Assembly: GCA_965371355.1 (NCBI GenBank)
Contig: CBDUYD010000001.1
Location: forward strand, 1,681 to 65,680
Source: an uncultured Ilumatobacteraceae bacterium
Lineage (GTDB): Bacteria; Actinomycetota; Acidimicrobiia; Acidimicrobiales; Ilumatobacteraceae
Direction: 5' to 3'
DNA: 64,000 nucleotides
Part shown: positions 17,981 to 27,598 of the stretch, in pieces
How positions within the stretch are numbered: the stretch's first letter is position 1
Layout of the letters: each line of letters starts with the position of its first letter
The notes under the pieces: generated by a model
Told to the model about the DNA's origin: nothing
Databases searched by the model: none
What the model saw: only the letters and a program-made list of their open reading frames with translations
Position numbers and translations under genes: made by a program

Positions 17981-17986
17981 TAGAGT
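17981..17986 (+). promoter_or_regulatory. Possible -10 box TAGAGT giving a leaderless yloV transcript
   Basis: TAGAGT ends 8 nt before GTG 17995, and no SD sequence lies in between. Leaderless mRNAs are common in Actinomycetota. Confidence 0.3.
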
Positions 17987-17994
17987 ATTGAGCC

Positions 17995-19707
17995 GTGTCG
18001 ACACTCGAGCGGTTGAACACCGTTGCCCTGCGCGAAACCGTGCGCACGTTCCGTGACACGGTGCGGGCGCACTCCGACATGTTGAACCGGCTCAACGTCT
18101 ATCCGGTTCCCGACGGCGACACCGGCACCAACATGGCCCGCACGCTCGACGCGGTGGTCGCCGAGATGGAGACCACCGACGCGGGCGATCTCGACGCCAC
18201 CTGCGATGCGATCAGCCACGGGTCGCTGATGGGCGCCCGCGGCAACAGCGGGGTCATCCTCAGCCAGATCATGCGCGGTTTCGCCACCACGGTGAAGGAG
18301 CACGCAGACGTGCGCGGTGCCCGGTTCGCCGATGCGCTCCAGGCTGCCGCCGCCGGCGCCTACCAGGCCGTGCTCAAGCCGATCGAGGGCACGATCCTGA
18401 CCGTCGCCCGCGTCTCGGCCGAGGCGGCACGCGCGGCCGCCGACGCGGGTGGATCGCTCGCCGACGTCGTCCGCGCCGCGAGGGACGCGGGAAAGATCGC
18501 GCTCGACAACACGCCCGAGCAACTCGCGGTGCTGAAGGATGCCGGCGTCGTCGACGCGGGCGGGGCGGGCTACCTCCTCCTCCTCGATTCCGCACTCCAC
18601 GTCGTCGCCGGCGATCCGCTGCCCGAGGCCGAACCGGACGACGGTTCCGCGGGCGCGGTGGGTGAGGCGTTCGCCGCTGTCGCGCATCGCACCTCGGCGA
18701 CCGAGGGCGAGCTCGACGTGAGCGAGCAGCGCTACGAGGTGATGTACTTCATGGACCTCGCCGACGAGCGCATCGACGACTTCAAGAGCGGATGGGGCGC
18801 GATCGGCGACTCGATCGTCGTCGTCGGGGGAGATGCTCTGTGGAATTGTCACATCCACACCAACGACATCGGCGCGGCGATCGAGGTCGCGCTCGACCTC
18901 GACGGTCGGCCCAAGGACATCCGGGTCTCGGATCTCTTCGGTGAGGTCGACGAGGAGCACGCCCGGCGCGAGGCCGACTTCGGAGGCGTTGCCAGTGGTA
19001 CCGGCCGTCCGCCCGCAGATCGGATACCGGCGGCGGGCCTCCCACCGGTGACCACCGCGGTGGTTGCGGTGTGCACGGGCGACGGCATCGTCGAGTTGTT
19101 CGCCCAGCTCGGTGTGCAGGGTGTCGTCACAGGTGGTCAGACGCTCAACCCCTCCACATCGGAACTGCTCGAGACCGTCGAGCACGTCAACGCCGACGAG
19201 GTCGTGATCCTCCCGAACAACAAGAACATCATCCCGGTCGCCGAGCAGGTCGACGCCCTCACCGACAAGCGGGTCGCCGTCGTCCACACACGTTCGATGC
19301 CCGAGGCGCTCGCCGCACTCATGGTCTACGACCCCGAGGCGGGTGTCGACGCGAACGACGAACAGATGGACGAGGCTGCCGCCTCGGTGGTGACCGGTGA
19401 GCTCACACAGGCGATCCGCGACACGATCAGCGAGGTGGGACCGGTGCGCGAAGGGGATTGGATCGGGCTCGTGCGCAACGACGGAATCGTCGCCGCCAAT
19501 GCCTCGATGGAGAAGGCCGCCATCGATCTGCTCGAGGAGATCGTCGGCGACGGCGCCGAGCTGCTCACCGTCCTGACCGGCGCCGATGCACCCGAGGACG
19601 TCACCCGCGCGATCGAGGGCTGGATCGGCGACAACCGCGGCGACATCGCGGTCGAGATCCAGTTCGGCGGCCAGCCGCTCTACCCCTACCTGTTCGGGGT
19701 CGAGTGA
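17995..19707 (+). CDS. yloV: DAK2 domain fusion protein YloV
   Basis: N-terminal DAK2 signature [15 protein letters not shown]. 570 aa. Conserved rpmB / yloV-recG neighbourhood. Confidence 0.85.
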   Translation: MSTLERLNTVALRETVRTFRDTVRAHSDMLNRLNVYPVPDGDTGTNMARTLDAVVAEMETTDAGDLDATCDAISHGSLMGARGNSGVILSQIMRGFATTVKEHADVRGARFADALQAAAAGAYQAVLKPIEGTILTVARVSAEAARAAADAGGSLADVVRAARDAGKIALDNTPEQLAVLKDAGVVDAGGAGYLLLLDSALHVVAGDPLPEAEPDDGSAGAVGEAFAAVAHRTSATEGELDVSEQRYEVMYFMDLADERIDDFKSGWGAIGDSIVVVGGDALWNCHIHTNDIGAAIEVALDLDGRPKDIRVSDLFGEVDEEHARREADFGGVASGTGRPPADRIPAAGLPPVTTAVVAVCTGDGIVELFAQLGVQGVVTGGQTLNPSTSELLETVEHVNADEVVILPNNKNIIPVAEQVDALTDKRVAVVHTRSMPEALAALMVYDPEAGVDANDEQMDEAAASVVTGELTQAIRDTISEVGPVREGDWIGLVRNDGIVAANASMEKAAIDLLEEIVGDGAELLTVLTGADAPEDVTRAIEGWIGDNRGDIAVEIQFGGQPLYPYLFGVE

Positions 19708-21830
19708 CCCCGATCACCCTCCGCGATCTGGCCGCCATCCCGGTCGAGCGCCTGAAGGGTGTCGGCGAGAAGAAGCTCACCTCGCTCGTAGCGGTCGGCA
19801 TCGAGAACGTCTTCGATCTACTCACCACCTACCCGCGGAGGTGGGTCGACCGCACAAACGAGGCACGGGTCGCCGACCTCACCGTCGGCGAGGAGGCACT
19901 CGTACTCGTCACGGTGCGATCGGTGCGCAAACGCATGACCCGCAACCGGCGCACGATGGTCAACGTGAACGTCGGCGACGGCTCGGGGCGCATCGATGTC
20001 GTGTTCTTCAACCAGCCGTGGCGCGAACGGCAGCTCCGCGAGGGCCTCCAGATCGCACTCTTCGGCAAGGTCGACACCTACCGCGGTGGCCTTCAGATGA
20101 CGAACCCGATCGTCGACCTGATCGGCGACCGGACCGGCAAGATCGTGCCGATCTATCCGCAGAGCGAGAAGGCTCAGCTCAGCACCTGGGAGCTCGCGGG
20201 ATGGATCGACGAGGCCCTGCGGCGGTGCGCCGAGCGCGGCGTCGACGACCCGATTCCGCTGTCGATCCTGCGTCGACACGGCCTCACCGAGCGGGGAGCC
20301 GCGCTGCACGGAATCCATCATCCCGACGACATGGTCGAGAAGGAAGCGGCCCGGCGTCGCCTCGCGTTCGACGAGCTCCTGCGTGTCCAGCTCGTACTCG
20401 TCCTGCGCAAGCGGGAGATGGAACGCGAGTCGCGGGGGCTCGTCCACGACGTCGACGGCGAGTTGGCCGACCGCTTCTACGGTGCCCTCGACTTCGCGTT
20501 GACCGGTGCACAGCAGCGCGTGATCGCTGAGATCGCCGCCGATCTCGCCGCGCCACACCCGATGCACCGCCTCCTCCAGGGCGACGTCGGCTCGGGCAAG
20601 ACCGTCGTCGCGGTCGCCTCGATGCTCGCTGCGGTTCAGGGTGGCCATCAGGCAGCGTTGATGGCGCCGACCGAGGTACTGGCCGAGCAGCACGCGGCGG
20701 GCGTGCGCGAGATGCTCTCCGGCGTGATCGTGCCCGACCCGGAGGGCAACCTCTTCGGCGAGCGGCCCTTGCGCGTGGAATTGCTCACCAATCGTGTCAC
20801 CGGCGCCGACCGCCGCGAGATCCTCGCCGGGCTGGCCGACGGATCGATCGACATCGCGATCGGTACGCACGCCCTGATCCAGGATGCGGTCGACTTCCGG
20901 AGCCTGGGCGTCGTCGTCGTCGACGAGCAGCACCGCTTCGGTGTCGAGCAGCGGGCTGCACTGCGTGACAAGACCGACGGCGCGACCGTTCCCGACACCC
21001 TCGTGATGACGGCGACCCCGATCCCGCGCACCGCAGCGATGACGGTCTACGGCGATCTCGACGTGAGCGTCCTCGACGAGATGCCGCCGGGCCGGACCGC
21101 GATCGCGACGCATTGGGCGAACGGGCCGTTGATGGAGACCGGCGTCTGGGCCGACGTCCGCGAGCACGTAGCAGCCGGACGGCAGGCCTACGTCGTCTGC
21201 CCACTCATCGAGGAGAGCGAGAAGCTCGAGGTCGCCTCGGCCGAGGAGACGTTCGATCGCCTGGCGCGCGATGAGCTGGACGGTCTGCGGCTCGGGCTCC
21301 TCCACGGTCGTCTGACTCCGGCCGAGAAGGAACTCACGATGGATCTGTTCCGCGCGGGGGGCCTCGACGTGCTCGTCGCCACGACGGTCGTCGAGGTCGG
21401 CGTCGATGTACCGAATGCGACCGTGATGGTGATCCTCGATGCCGACCGGTTCGGAATAGCGCAGCTCCACCAGCTGCGCGGGCGCGTGGGCGGTGGCCGG
21501 CACGCGTCCAACTGTTGGCTCGACACCCCGCAGACCGACGAGCAGCGGCCGCGGGTCGCGGCGGTCGTCGCGACGACCGACGGCTTCGAGTTGGCCGAGG
21601 TCGACCTCGACCTCCGAGGTGAGGGCACCCTGATGTCGACGGCGCAGAAGGGCCGCAGCGACCTCAAGCTGGCTTCGTTGCGGCGCGATCGCGCACTGGT
21701 CGAGGCGGCGCGCGAGGCGGCCTTCGAGATCATCGACGCCGACCCGGAACTGGCCGGCCAGGCCGCGCTCGCCGACGAACTCGACCTGGTGTTCAGCGAC
21801 CGCGAGGAGGAGTTCCTGGCGAAGGGCTGA
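19704..21830 (+). CDS. recG: ATP-dependent DNA helicase RecG
   Basis: GTG 19704 overlaps the yloV stop (GTGA). Wedge domain. Walker A GDVGSGKT. DEQH box VVVDEQHRFG. Helicase C motifs. Confidence 0.9.
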   Translation: MTPITLRDLAAIPVERLKGVGEKKLTSLVAVGIENVFDLLTTYPRRWVDRTNEARVADLTVGEEALVLVTVRSVRKRMTRNRRTMVNVNVGDGSGRIDVVFFNQPWRERQLREGLQIALFGKVDTYRGGLQMTNPIVDLIGDRTGKIVPIYPQSEKAQLSTWELAGWIDEALRRCAERGVDDPIPLSILRRHGLTERGAALHGIHHPDDMVEKEAARRRLAFDELLRVQLVLVLRKREMERESRGLVHDVDGELADRFYGALDFALTGAQQRVIAEIAADLAAPHPMHRLLQGDVGSGKTVVAVASMLAAVQGGHQAALMAPTEVLAEQHAAGVREMLSGVIVPDPEGNLFGERPLRVELLTNRVTGADRREILAGLADGSIDIAIGTHALIQDAVDFRSLGVVVVDEQHRFGVEQRAALRDKTDGATVPDTLVMTATPIPRTAAMTVYGDLDVSVLDEMPPGRTAIATHWANGPLMETGVWADVREHVAAGRQAYVVCPLIEESEKLEVASAEETFDRLARDELDGLRLGLLHGRLTPAEKELTMDLFRAGGLDVLVATTVVEVGVDVPNATVMVILDADRFGIAQLHQLRGRVGGGRHASNCWLDTPQTDEQRPRVAAVVATTDGFELAEVDLDLRGEGTLMSTAQKGRSDLKLASLRRDRALVEAAREAAFEIIDADPELAGQAALADELDLVFSDREEEFLAKG

Positions 21831-21849
21831 GCGCGGTCGGCGGGCGGCG

Positions 21850-22038
21850 TCAGCCGTCGCCGCGCCGCACGTCCTCGTCGTTGTCGGGCAGCACCAGATC
21901 CCACCGGTCGAGGCAATCGACGCAGCGGTACGCGACGATGTCGCCGGGCTCCCAGCGATCGTCTTCGCGCGGAGCGGTGAGCAGATGACACCGTCCACCG
22001 CAGTCGATGCACATGATCTCGGCATCGGGCTCGAGCAT
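21850..22038 (-). CDS. Small zinc-ribbon protein (62 aa)
   Basis: MLEPDAEIMCIDCGGRCH...YRCVDCLDRW carries two CxxC pairs. Internal ATG of listed ORF 21850-22176. Divergent from rsmD. Confidence 0.4.
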   Translation of the reverse strand: MLEPDAEIMCIDCGGRCHLLTAPREDDRWEPGDIVAYRCVDCLDRWDLVLPDNDEDVRRGDG

Positions 22039-22075
22039 GCCCACAGTCTGCCCGACGCTCCGTATCATCCGAAAG

Positions 22076-22585
22076 ATGAGGATCATCGCCGGAGAGTTGG
22101 GAGGGCGGAAGTTGATCGCGCCCGACGGCACATCGACCCGTCCGACGACCGACCGCGTGCGCGAGGCGATCTTCAACTCGCTCGGTAGCGCGGGAGTGCT
22201 CGAGGGGGCGCTCGTCGCCGATCTCTACGCCGGTAGCGGGGCGGTCGGGATCGAGGCGCTGTCGAGAGGTGCCGAACACTGCGTCTTCGTCGAGCGCGAC
22301 CGGGCGGCGCTGCGAGCCCTCGACCGGAACCTGACCGCCCTCGACCTCACGGCCCGAAGTCGCGTGCTGTCGGGCGACGCGCTGTCGCTGGCGCCGAGAC
22401 TCGACGTCGACATCGTCTTCGCCGACCCGCCGTACGACTTCGATCGGTGGGACGAACTGCTCGAGGCCGTTCGCGCAGGACTACTGGTCGCCGAGTCGGG
22501 CCACGAAGTCGTCGGCGGCGCCGGCTTCACCGTTGTGCGAGCCAAGAAGTACGGCCGGGCGCGCGTGACGTTCCTCGAACGTTGA
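22076..22585 (+). CDS. rsmD: 16S rRNA (guanine966-N2)-methyltransferase RsmD
   Basis: MRIIAGELGGRKL N-terminus, TRPTTDRVREAIFN and the DPPY motif (ADPPYDF). Upstream of coaD. Confidence 0.85.
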   Translation: MRIIAGELGGRKLIAPDGTSTRPTTDRVREAIFNSLGSAGVLEGALVADLYAGSGAVGIEALSRGAEHCVFVERDRAALRALDRNLTALDLTARSRVLSGDALSLAPRLDVDIVFADPPYDFDRWDELLEAVRAGLLVAESGHEVVGGAGFTVVRAKKYGRARVTFLER

Positions 22586-22609
22586 ATTCCCGACCCGGAC
22601 GCCCGAACT

Positions 22610-23134
22610 ATGGTTCTCACTCCGATGAGCCGTGACCATCCGACCCGGGGTGTGCTGTACCCCGGAAGCTTCGACCCGATACATCTCGGACACGTCGACG
22701 TGATCGAGCAGGCGCACGAACTGTTCGGCACGGTCGTCGTCGCGATCATGCACAACCCGTCGAAGCGAACGGGTCTCTTCCCGGTCGAGCAGCGCGCCGA
22801 ACTCGCCAGCGACGCGGTGCGCGGTCTCGATGGCGTCTCCGTCGAACTCCATACCGGACTCGCCGTCCAGGCGGCCGACCGCGCGAACGTCGATTTCATC
22901 GTCAAGGGTCTGCGCACCGCCGGCGACTTCGAGATCGAGCAACAGATGGCCCAGAACAACCACGCCGTCACCGGCATCCGAACCGTGTTCCTCCCGTGCA
23001 GCCCGGCCCTCGGATACATCAGCAGCCGGTTCGTCCGCGAGATCGCGAAGTACGGTGGGGACACGGGCCACCTGGTGCCGCCGACCGTTGCGGCGGCGCT
23101 GAGCACGATCTTCGACGACAGTGATGGGAACTGA
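22610..23134 (+). CDS. coaD: Phosphopantetheine adenylyltransferase
   Basis: YPGSFDPIHLGHVDVIEQA (the H/TxGH nucleotidyltransferase motif) and ISSRFVREI near the C-terminus. Confidence 0.9.
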   Translation: MVLTPMSRDHPTRGVLYPGSFDPIHLGHVDVIEQAHELFGTVVVAIMHNPSKRTGLFPVEQRAELASDAVRGLDGVSVELHTGLAVQAADRANVDFIVKGLRTAGDFEIEQQMAQNNHAVTGIRTVFLPCSPALGYISSRFVREIAKYGGDTGHLVPPTVAAALSTIFDDSDGN

Positions 23135-23137
23135 GCG

Positions 23138-23740
23138 ATGAGCTACGACGACGGTTACCGCGATCAGGGCGACGAGTACGACGAGGCCGACGACTACACC
23201 GACCAGCAGTCGGCGATGGTCGTCGGCGACGCGGAGACGCTGCTCCGCCGGGCGATCGACATCGTCGCGACCGCTCCGACAATGCCGCTGTCGTCGTCGC
23301 CGCGCATCGACCGCGACGAGATCATCGAACTCCTCGAAGAGTCGCTCCATCGGATTCCCGAGGAACTCCGCCAGGCACGGTGGATGCTCAAGGAGCGTCA
23401 GGAATTCGTCGCCAAGACGCGTCGCGAGGCCGACGAACTCCTCGAGGCCGCTCGCGTGCGGGCCGAACGGATGGTCCAGCGGACCGAGGTCGTCCGCGCC
23501 GCCGAGCAACGCGCCCGCAGCGTGATGGAGACCGCCGAGGCCGACTCGCGCCGCCTCCGGCACGAGACCGAGGACTTCCTCGATCAGCGGCTCGGATCGT
23601 TCGAGATCCTCCTCGACAAACTCTCCAAGACCGTCAACTCGGGCCGTCAGCGCCTGTCGATCGGTGGCGAGCCCGACGAGACCACGGCGATCGAGGCTGA
23701 CGACGACCCGACGAACGCCTTCTTCGACCAAGACGACTGA
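23138..23740 (+). CDS. Coiled-coil hypothetical protein with acidic termini
   Basis: 200 aa. Asp/Glu/Tyr-rich N-terminus, long Arg/Glu-rich helical core, acidic tail. GC3-rich codons. No enzymatic motif. Confidence 0.5.
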   Translation: MSYDDGYRDQGDEYDEADDYTDQQSAMVVGDAETLLRRAIDIVATAPTMPLSSSPRIDRDEIIELLEESLHRIPEELRQARWMLKERQEFVAKTRREADELLEAARVRAERMVQRTEVVRAAEQRARSVMETAEADSRRLRHETEDFLDQRLGSFEILLDKLSKTVNSGRQRLSIGGEPDETTAIEADDDPTNAFFDQDD

Positions 23741-23817
23741 CCTGCAGGACGGTCGGCCTGGCTGCACCGCGGCTCAGCGTCGCCTGAACCTCGCCGCGAT
23801 CCCCGTATCGTGAACGG

Positions 23818-24354
23818 ATGACCGATTGGTTGCGGCCGCTGCGCGTCAATGCCGTCGAGTTGCTGCGTCAGCCCGGCGCCACCAAGCGGATCGAGGCGCA
23901 CGTTCCCGCGGACGCGCTCGGCGTCGAGCACCACACGCTCGACGGCGATGTCGACGTGGTGATCGGACTCGAGGCGCTCGACGCCGGGATCATCGTCGAG
24001 GGAACCGCCAGCGCCCGTTGGAAGAGTCTCTGCCGACGCTGCCTGACCGCACTGTCGGGCGCCGCGATCGTCGAACTCGATGAGCTCTACCAGATCGAGG
24101 TCACCGACCCCGATGCGTTCGAGATCGAGAACGGACGGCTCGATCTCGTCCCGATGGTGCGCGAGATGCTCCTGCTCGAACTCGACGGCGAGCGGCTCTG
24201 CGGGCTCGACTGTGTCGGGCTGTGCCCGCACTGCGGCGCCGACCGAAGCGACGCATCTTGTCGATGCGAATCCGACGTGACCGACGAGCGTTGGGCGGTG
24301 CTCGACGATCTCGTCATCGATGACGAACCGGCATCGGACGATCGCAACGATTGA
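23818..24354 (+). CDS. yceD: YceD/DUF177 family protein
   Basis: Cys pairs CRRCL and CPHCG. Acidic protein immediately upstream of rpmF, the conserved yceD-rpmF pairing. Confidence 0.8.
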   Translation: MTDWLRPLRVNAVELLRQPGATKRIEAHVPADALGVEHHTLDGDVDVVIGLEALDAGIIVEGTASARWKSLCRRCLTALSGAAIVELDELYQIEVTDPDAFEIENGRLDLVPMVREMLLLELDGERLCGLDCVGLCPHCGADRSDASCRCESDVTDERWAVLDDLVIDDEPASDDRND

Positions 24355-24486
24355 CGGATGACTTCACCGTCACCGTCCCGAACGGCGGATCCGCCCGATA
24401 TCGTGATGCGGCCGCTGTGACGAGTCCGTCCAGCCCCAGCCGAGACTCGTCGACCTCCGGTCGACAGCGACAACGGAGATCAAGCG

Positions 24487-24666
24487 ATGGCCGTCCCGAA
24501 GAAGAAGACCTCGAAGTCCAAGACGCGCAGCCGTCGGGCCAGCGCGTGGCAGCTCAAGGCCCCGGCTCGGAGCCTGTGCCCGCGCTGCGGGAATGCGAAG
24601 ACCCCGCACACGGTCTGCCCGACGTGCGGCTGGTACCGCGATCGCGTCGCCGTCGACGTCGGCTGA
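24487..24666 (+). CDS. rpmF: 50S ribosomal protein L32 (59 aa, below the ORF-track cutoff)
   Basis: MAVPKKKTSKSKTRSRRASAWQ... with the zinc ribbon CPRCG...CPTCG. GGAG lies 9 nt upstream of the ATG. Confidence 0.9.
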   Translation: MAVPKKKTSKSKTRSRRASAWQLKAPARSLCPRCGNAKTPHTVCPTCGWYRDRVAVDVG

Positions 24667-24670
24667 TCGA

Positions 24671-25654
24671 ATGCTCCCGATCGCCGTCGACGCGATGGGC
24701 GGCGACGACGCACCAGGCGCGATCCTCGCCGGTGCGTACGCCGCGGCCGCCACCGGAATTCCCGTCGTTCTCGTCGGTCCGGCCGACCTCGACACCAGCG
24801 GCTCGGACGGCACGTCACTCGAACTGATCGAGGCATCCGAGATCATCGGCATGCACGACGATCCGGCGCAGGGCGTCCGCCGCAAGAAGGACTCGACCCT
24901 CGTCCGCGCCGCCGAGGCGGTGCGGGACGGTCGGGCAGGCGCCATGATCTCCGCCGGCAACACCGGCGCGACGATGGCGTCTGCACTCCTGCGGATGGGA
25001 CGTATCCGAGGGGTCAAGCGCCCCGCGGTGGCGACCCCGATCCCGGTACCGGGCTCCACACCGACCGTGCTGCTCGACGCCGGTGCAAACGCCGAGGTGC
25101 AGGCCGAGTGGCTGATCGAGTTCGCCGTCATGGGCAGTGTCTACGCGCGGCACCGTTTCGACATCCCCGCGCCGCGCGTCGGCCTCCTCAACATCGGTGA
25201 GGAGCCCGGCAAGGGAGACCAGCTCCGAAAGGACGCCCACGGCCTGCTCGCCGCGGCTCCCGGGATCGACTTCGTCGGCAACGTCGAGGGTCGTGATGTC
25301 ATGAGCGATGCCGTCGACGTCTGTGTCACCGATGGATTCACCGGCAACGTTGTGCTCAAGACGCTCGAAGGGGGGATGAAGGCGGTGATCGGTGGGCTCT
25401 TCGAGGCGTTCTCGTCCGAACCGCAGTACCAGGCGCACGCCGACGCCCTGATGCCGGCGCTCCTTCCCCTCTACGAGACGCTGAACCCTGACACCTACGG
25501 CGGCGCGGTCCTGCTCGGCGTCGACGGGGTCTGCATCATCGCCCACGGTTCCTCGAGCTCGACAGCGATCGAGAACGGCATCGGCGTGGCCCGCGACTTG
25601 ATCGAGCACGAGATCGTCGCGGAGATGGCCGAGGCCATCGCCCTGCTCTCCTGA
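24671..25654 (+). CDS. plsX: Phosphate acyltransferase PlsX
   Basis: MLPIAVDAMGGDDAPGAI is a canonical PlsX N-terminus. Internal ATG (residue 27) of ORF 24593-25654. Confidence 0.9.
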   Translation: MLPIAVDAMGGDDAPGAILAGAYAAAATGIPVVLVGPADLDTSGSDGTSLELIEASEIIGMHDDPAQGVRRKKDSTLVRAAEAVRDGRAGAMISAGNTGATMASALLRMGRIRGVKRPAVATPIPVPGSTPTVLLDAGANAEVQAEWLIEFAVMGSVYARHRFDIPAPRVGLLNIGEEPGKGDQLRKDAHGLLAAAPGIDFVGNVEGRDVMSDAVDVCVTDGFTGNVVLKTLEGGMKAVIGGLFEAFSSEPQYQAHADALMPALLPLYETLNPDTYGGAVLLGVDGVCIIAHGSSSSTAIENGIGVARDLIEHEIVAEMAEAIALLS

Positions 25655-25698
25655 GACCATTTCGCCGCCGGGTCACGGTGCGCGGATAACCTGGCGGA

Positions 25699-25995
25699 GT
25701 GCCAGCAGAGACCCACGTGGAACAGGGACCGATCGACCGCGACGAGATCTTCGGGATCGTCCGCGACCGGCTCGCCGACATACTCGAGATCGAACCGTCG
25801 ACGATCAGCGAGGGGCAGGCTCTCGCCGACGACCTCGACGCCGACTCGCTCGCGCTGATCGAACTCGTCGAGGCGCTCGAGGACGAGCTCAGCGAGCGGA
25901 CGGTCGGGTTCCGCATCGAGGACGAGGATCTCGAAGACCTGAAGACCGTGCGCGACGCCGTCGACTACGTGTACGACCGGGTCACAGCCGAGTGA
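25699..25995 (+). CDS. acpP: Acyl carrier protein
   Basis: Phosphopantetheine attachment motif LDADSLALIELV. Small acidic 4-helix-sized protein. Confidence 0.85.
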   Translation: MPAETHVEQGPIDRDEIFGIVRDRLADILEIEPSTISEGQALADDLDADSLALIELVEALEDELSERTVGFRIEDEDLEDLKTVRDAVDYVYDRVTAE

Positions 25996-26022
25996 CGCTC
26001 ACCCGCGTCAGCCACCGAGCCG

Positions 26023-26733
26023 GTGGTTGACCACACCGCGTCCGAGCGCGAGCGGCTCGAGCGGCTCGCCGAACGCATCGGTCACCGATTCACCGATCTG
26101 TCGCTGCTCTCGCGTGCCCTCGCCCACCGGTCATGGTGCGCGGAGACGGAGGGAGTCGAGAGCAACGAGCGGCTCGAGTTCCTCGGTGACGCCGTGCTCG
26201 GTTGGGTGGTCGCCGACCTCGCCTACAGCGAGTTCGACGAACTGCCCGAGGGCACGCTCACCGACCTCCGCAAGAGCGTCGTCAACGCCCTCGCCCTCGC
26301 TGAGGTCGCCGAGGAACTGGATCTCGGTCCTCACATCCTGCTCGGCAAGGGTGAGATGGGCGCCGGAGGCGCGGAGAAGCCATCGATCCTCTCCGATACG
26401 TTCGAGGCGGTGATCGCCGCCGTCTATGTCGACGGTGGCGCCGACGCGGCATACGAAATGGTGTCCAGGCTCGTCGTGCCGAGGATGAGGAGGTCGGTCG
26501 ACCGTCTCGATCAGCTCGACCACAAGACCCAGCTCCAAGAGCTGAGCGCGCGTCACGGACGGGGGATTCCCACCTATCGGATCAGATCGGCCGGGCCCGA
26601 CCACGCCAAGACGTTCACGGCCGAGGCGATGGTCGACGGGACGGTCCTCGGCACCGGGATCGGCCGTTCGAAGAAGGCGGCGGAGCAGGGCGCGGCAACC
26701 GAGGCGTGCGCGGCGCTCGATCGCTCGGCCTGA
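26023..26733 (+). CDS. rnc: Ribonuclease III
   Basis: Signature NERLEFLGDAVLG and a C-terminal dsRBD (GPDHAKTF...GRSKKAAEQGAA). Confidence 0.9.
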   Translation: MVDHTASERERLERLAERIGHRFTDLSLLSRALAHRSWCAETEGVESNERLEFLGDAVLGWVVADLAYSEFDELPEGTLTDLRKSVVNALALAEVAEELDLGPHILLGKGEMGAGGAEKPSILSDTFEAVIAAVYVDGGADAAYEMVSRLVVPRMRRSVDRLDQLDHKTQLQELSARHGRGIPTYRIRSAGPDHAKTFTAEAMVDGTVLGTGIGRSKKAAEQGAATEACAALDRSA

Positions 26734-26748
26734 GACCGGATCGACCGG

Positions 26749-27585
26749 ATGCCCGAACTGCCGGAGGTCGAGACCGTCAGGAGAGGACTCGAACAACATC
26801 TGGTCGGCCGGCGCATCACCCGGGTCGACGTCGGCCGCGAACGGGTGGTGCGGCGCACATCTCGCGAGGCGCTGATCCACGACCTCACCAACACCGTCGT
26901 CGAGCGGGCCGATCGGCGGGGCAAGTACTTGTTGATGCCACTCGACTCCGGTGACCACCTGATGATCCACCTCCGGATGAGTGGACAGGTACTGCTCGCC
27001 GAGGCTGGTGCCGTCCGACCGCCGCACACGCACGTCGTGTTGTCGTTGGACGACGGTCGCGAGGCGTGGTTCGTCGACCCTCGCACGTTCGGTGAGGTCG
27101 TCGTGTTCGCACCCGATCGCGTCGAGATCGAGGTTCCAGGGCTGGCCCGTCTCGGTCCCGACCCGATCGCCGACGACTTCGATCGTGCAGCGCTGCGATC
27201 GATCGTCCGGTCGACGCGACGGGCGCTCAAGCCGCTGCTGCTCGATCAGCACGCGATCGCGGGCATCGGCAACATCTACGCCGACGAGATCCTCCACGAC
27301 GCGCGCCTCGATCCGGCACGCGCGGCGAACGAGCTCTCGCCCCGCGCCGAGGCGCGTCTGCACACGTCGATCCTCGAAGTTCTGACCGAGGCGATCCGGG
27401 CCGGAGGCTCGACGCTGGCCGACGCACAGTACGTCGACCTGATGGGGAGTGGGGGCAGCTACCAGGACGAACACCGTGTGTACGGGCGCGAGGGGCAGCG
27501 CTGCATCACGTGTGGCCGGGGATGGGTGAGACGGACCACCAGCGGCGGGCGCAGCACCCACTTCTGCCCGGTCTGTCAGCGATGA
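26749..27585 (+). CDS. mutM: Formamidopyrimidine-DNA glycosylase
   Basis: MPELPEVETVRRGL N-terminus, H2TH region and C-terminal zinc finger CITCG...FCPVCQ. Confidence 0.9.
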   Translation: MPELPEVETVRRGLEQHLVGRRITRVDVGRERVVRRTSREALIHDLTNTVVERADRRGKYLLMPLDSGDHLMIHLRMSGQVLLAEAGAVRPPHTHVVLSLDDGREAWFVDPRTFGEVVVFAPDRVEIEVPGLARLGPDPIADDFDRAALRSIVRSTRRALKPLLLDQHAIAGIGNIYADEILHDARLDPARAANELSPRAEARLHTSILEVLTEAIRAGGSTLADAQYVDLMGSGGSYQDEHRVYGREGQRCITCGRGWVRRTTSGGRSTHFCPVCQR

Positions 27586-27598
27586 GGGGCATACCGGT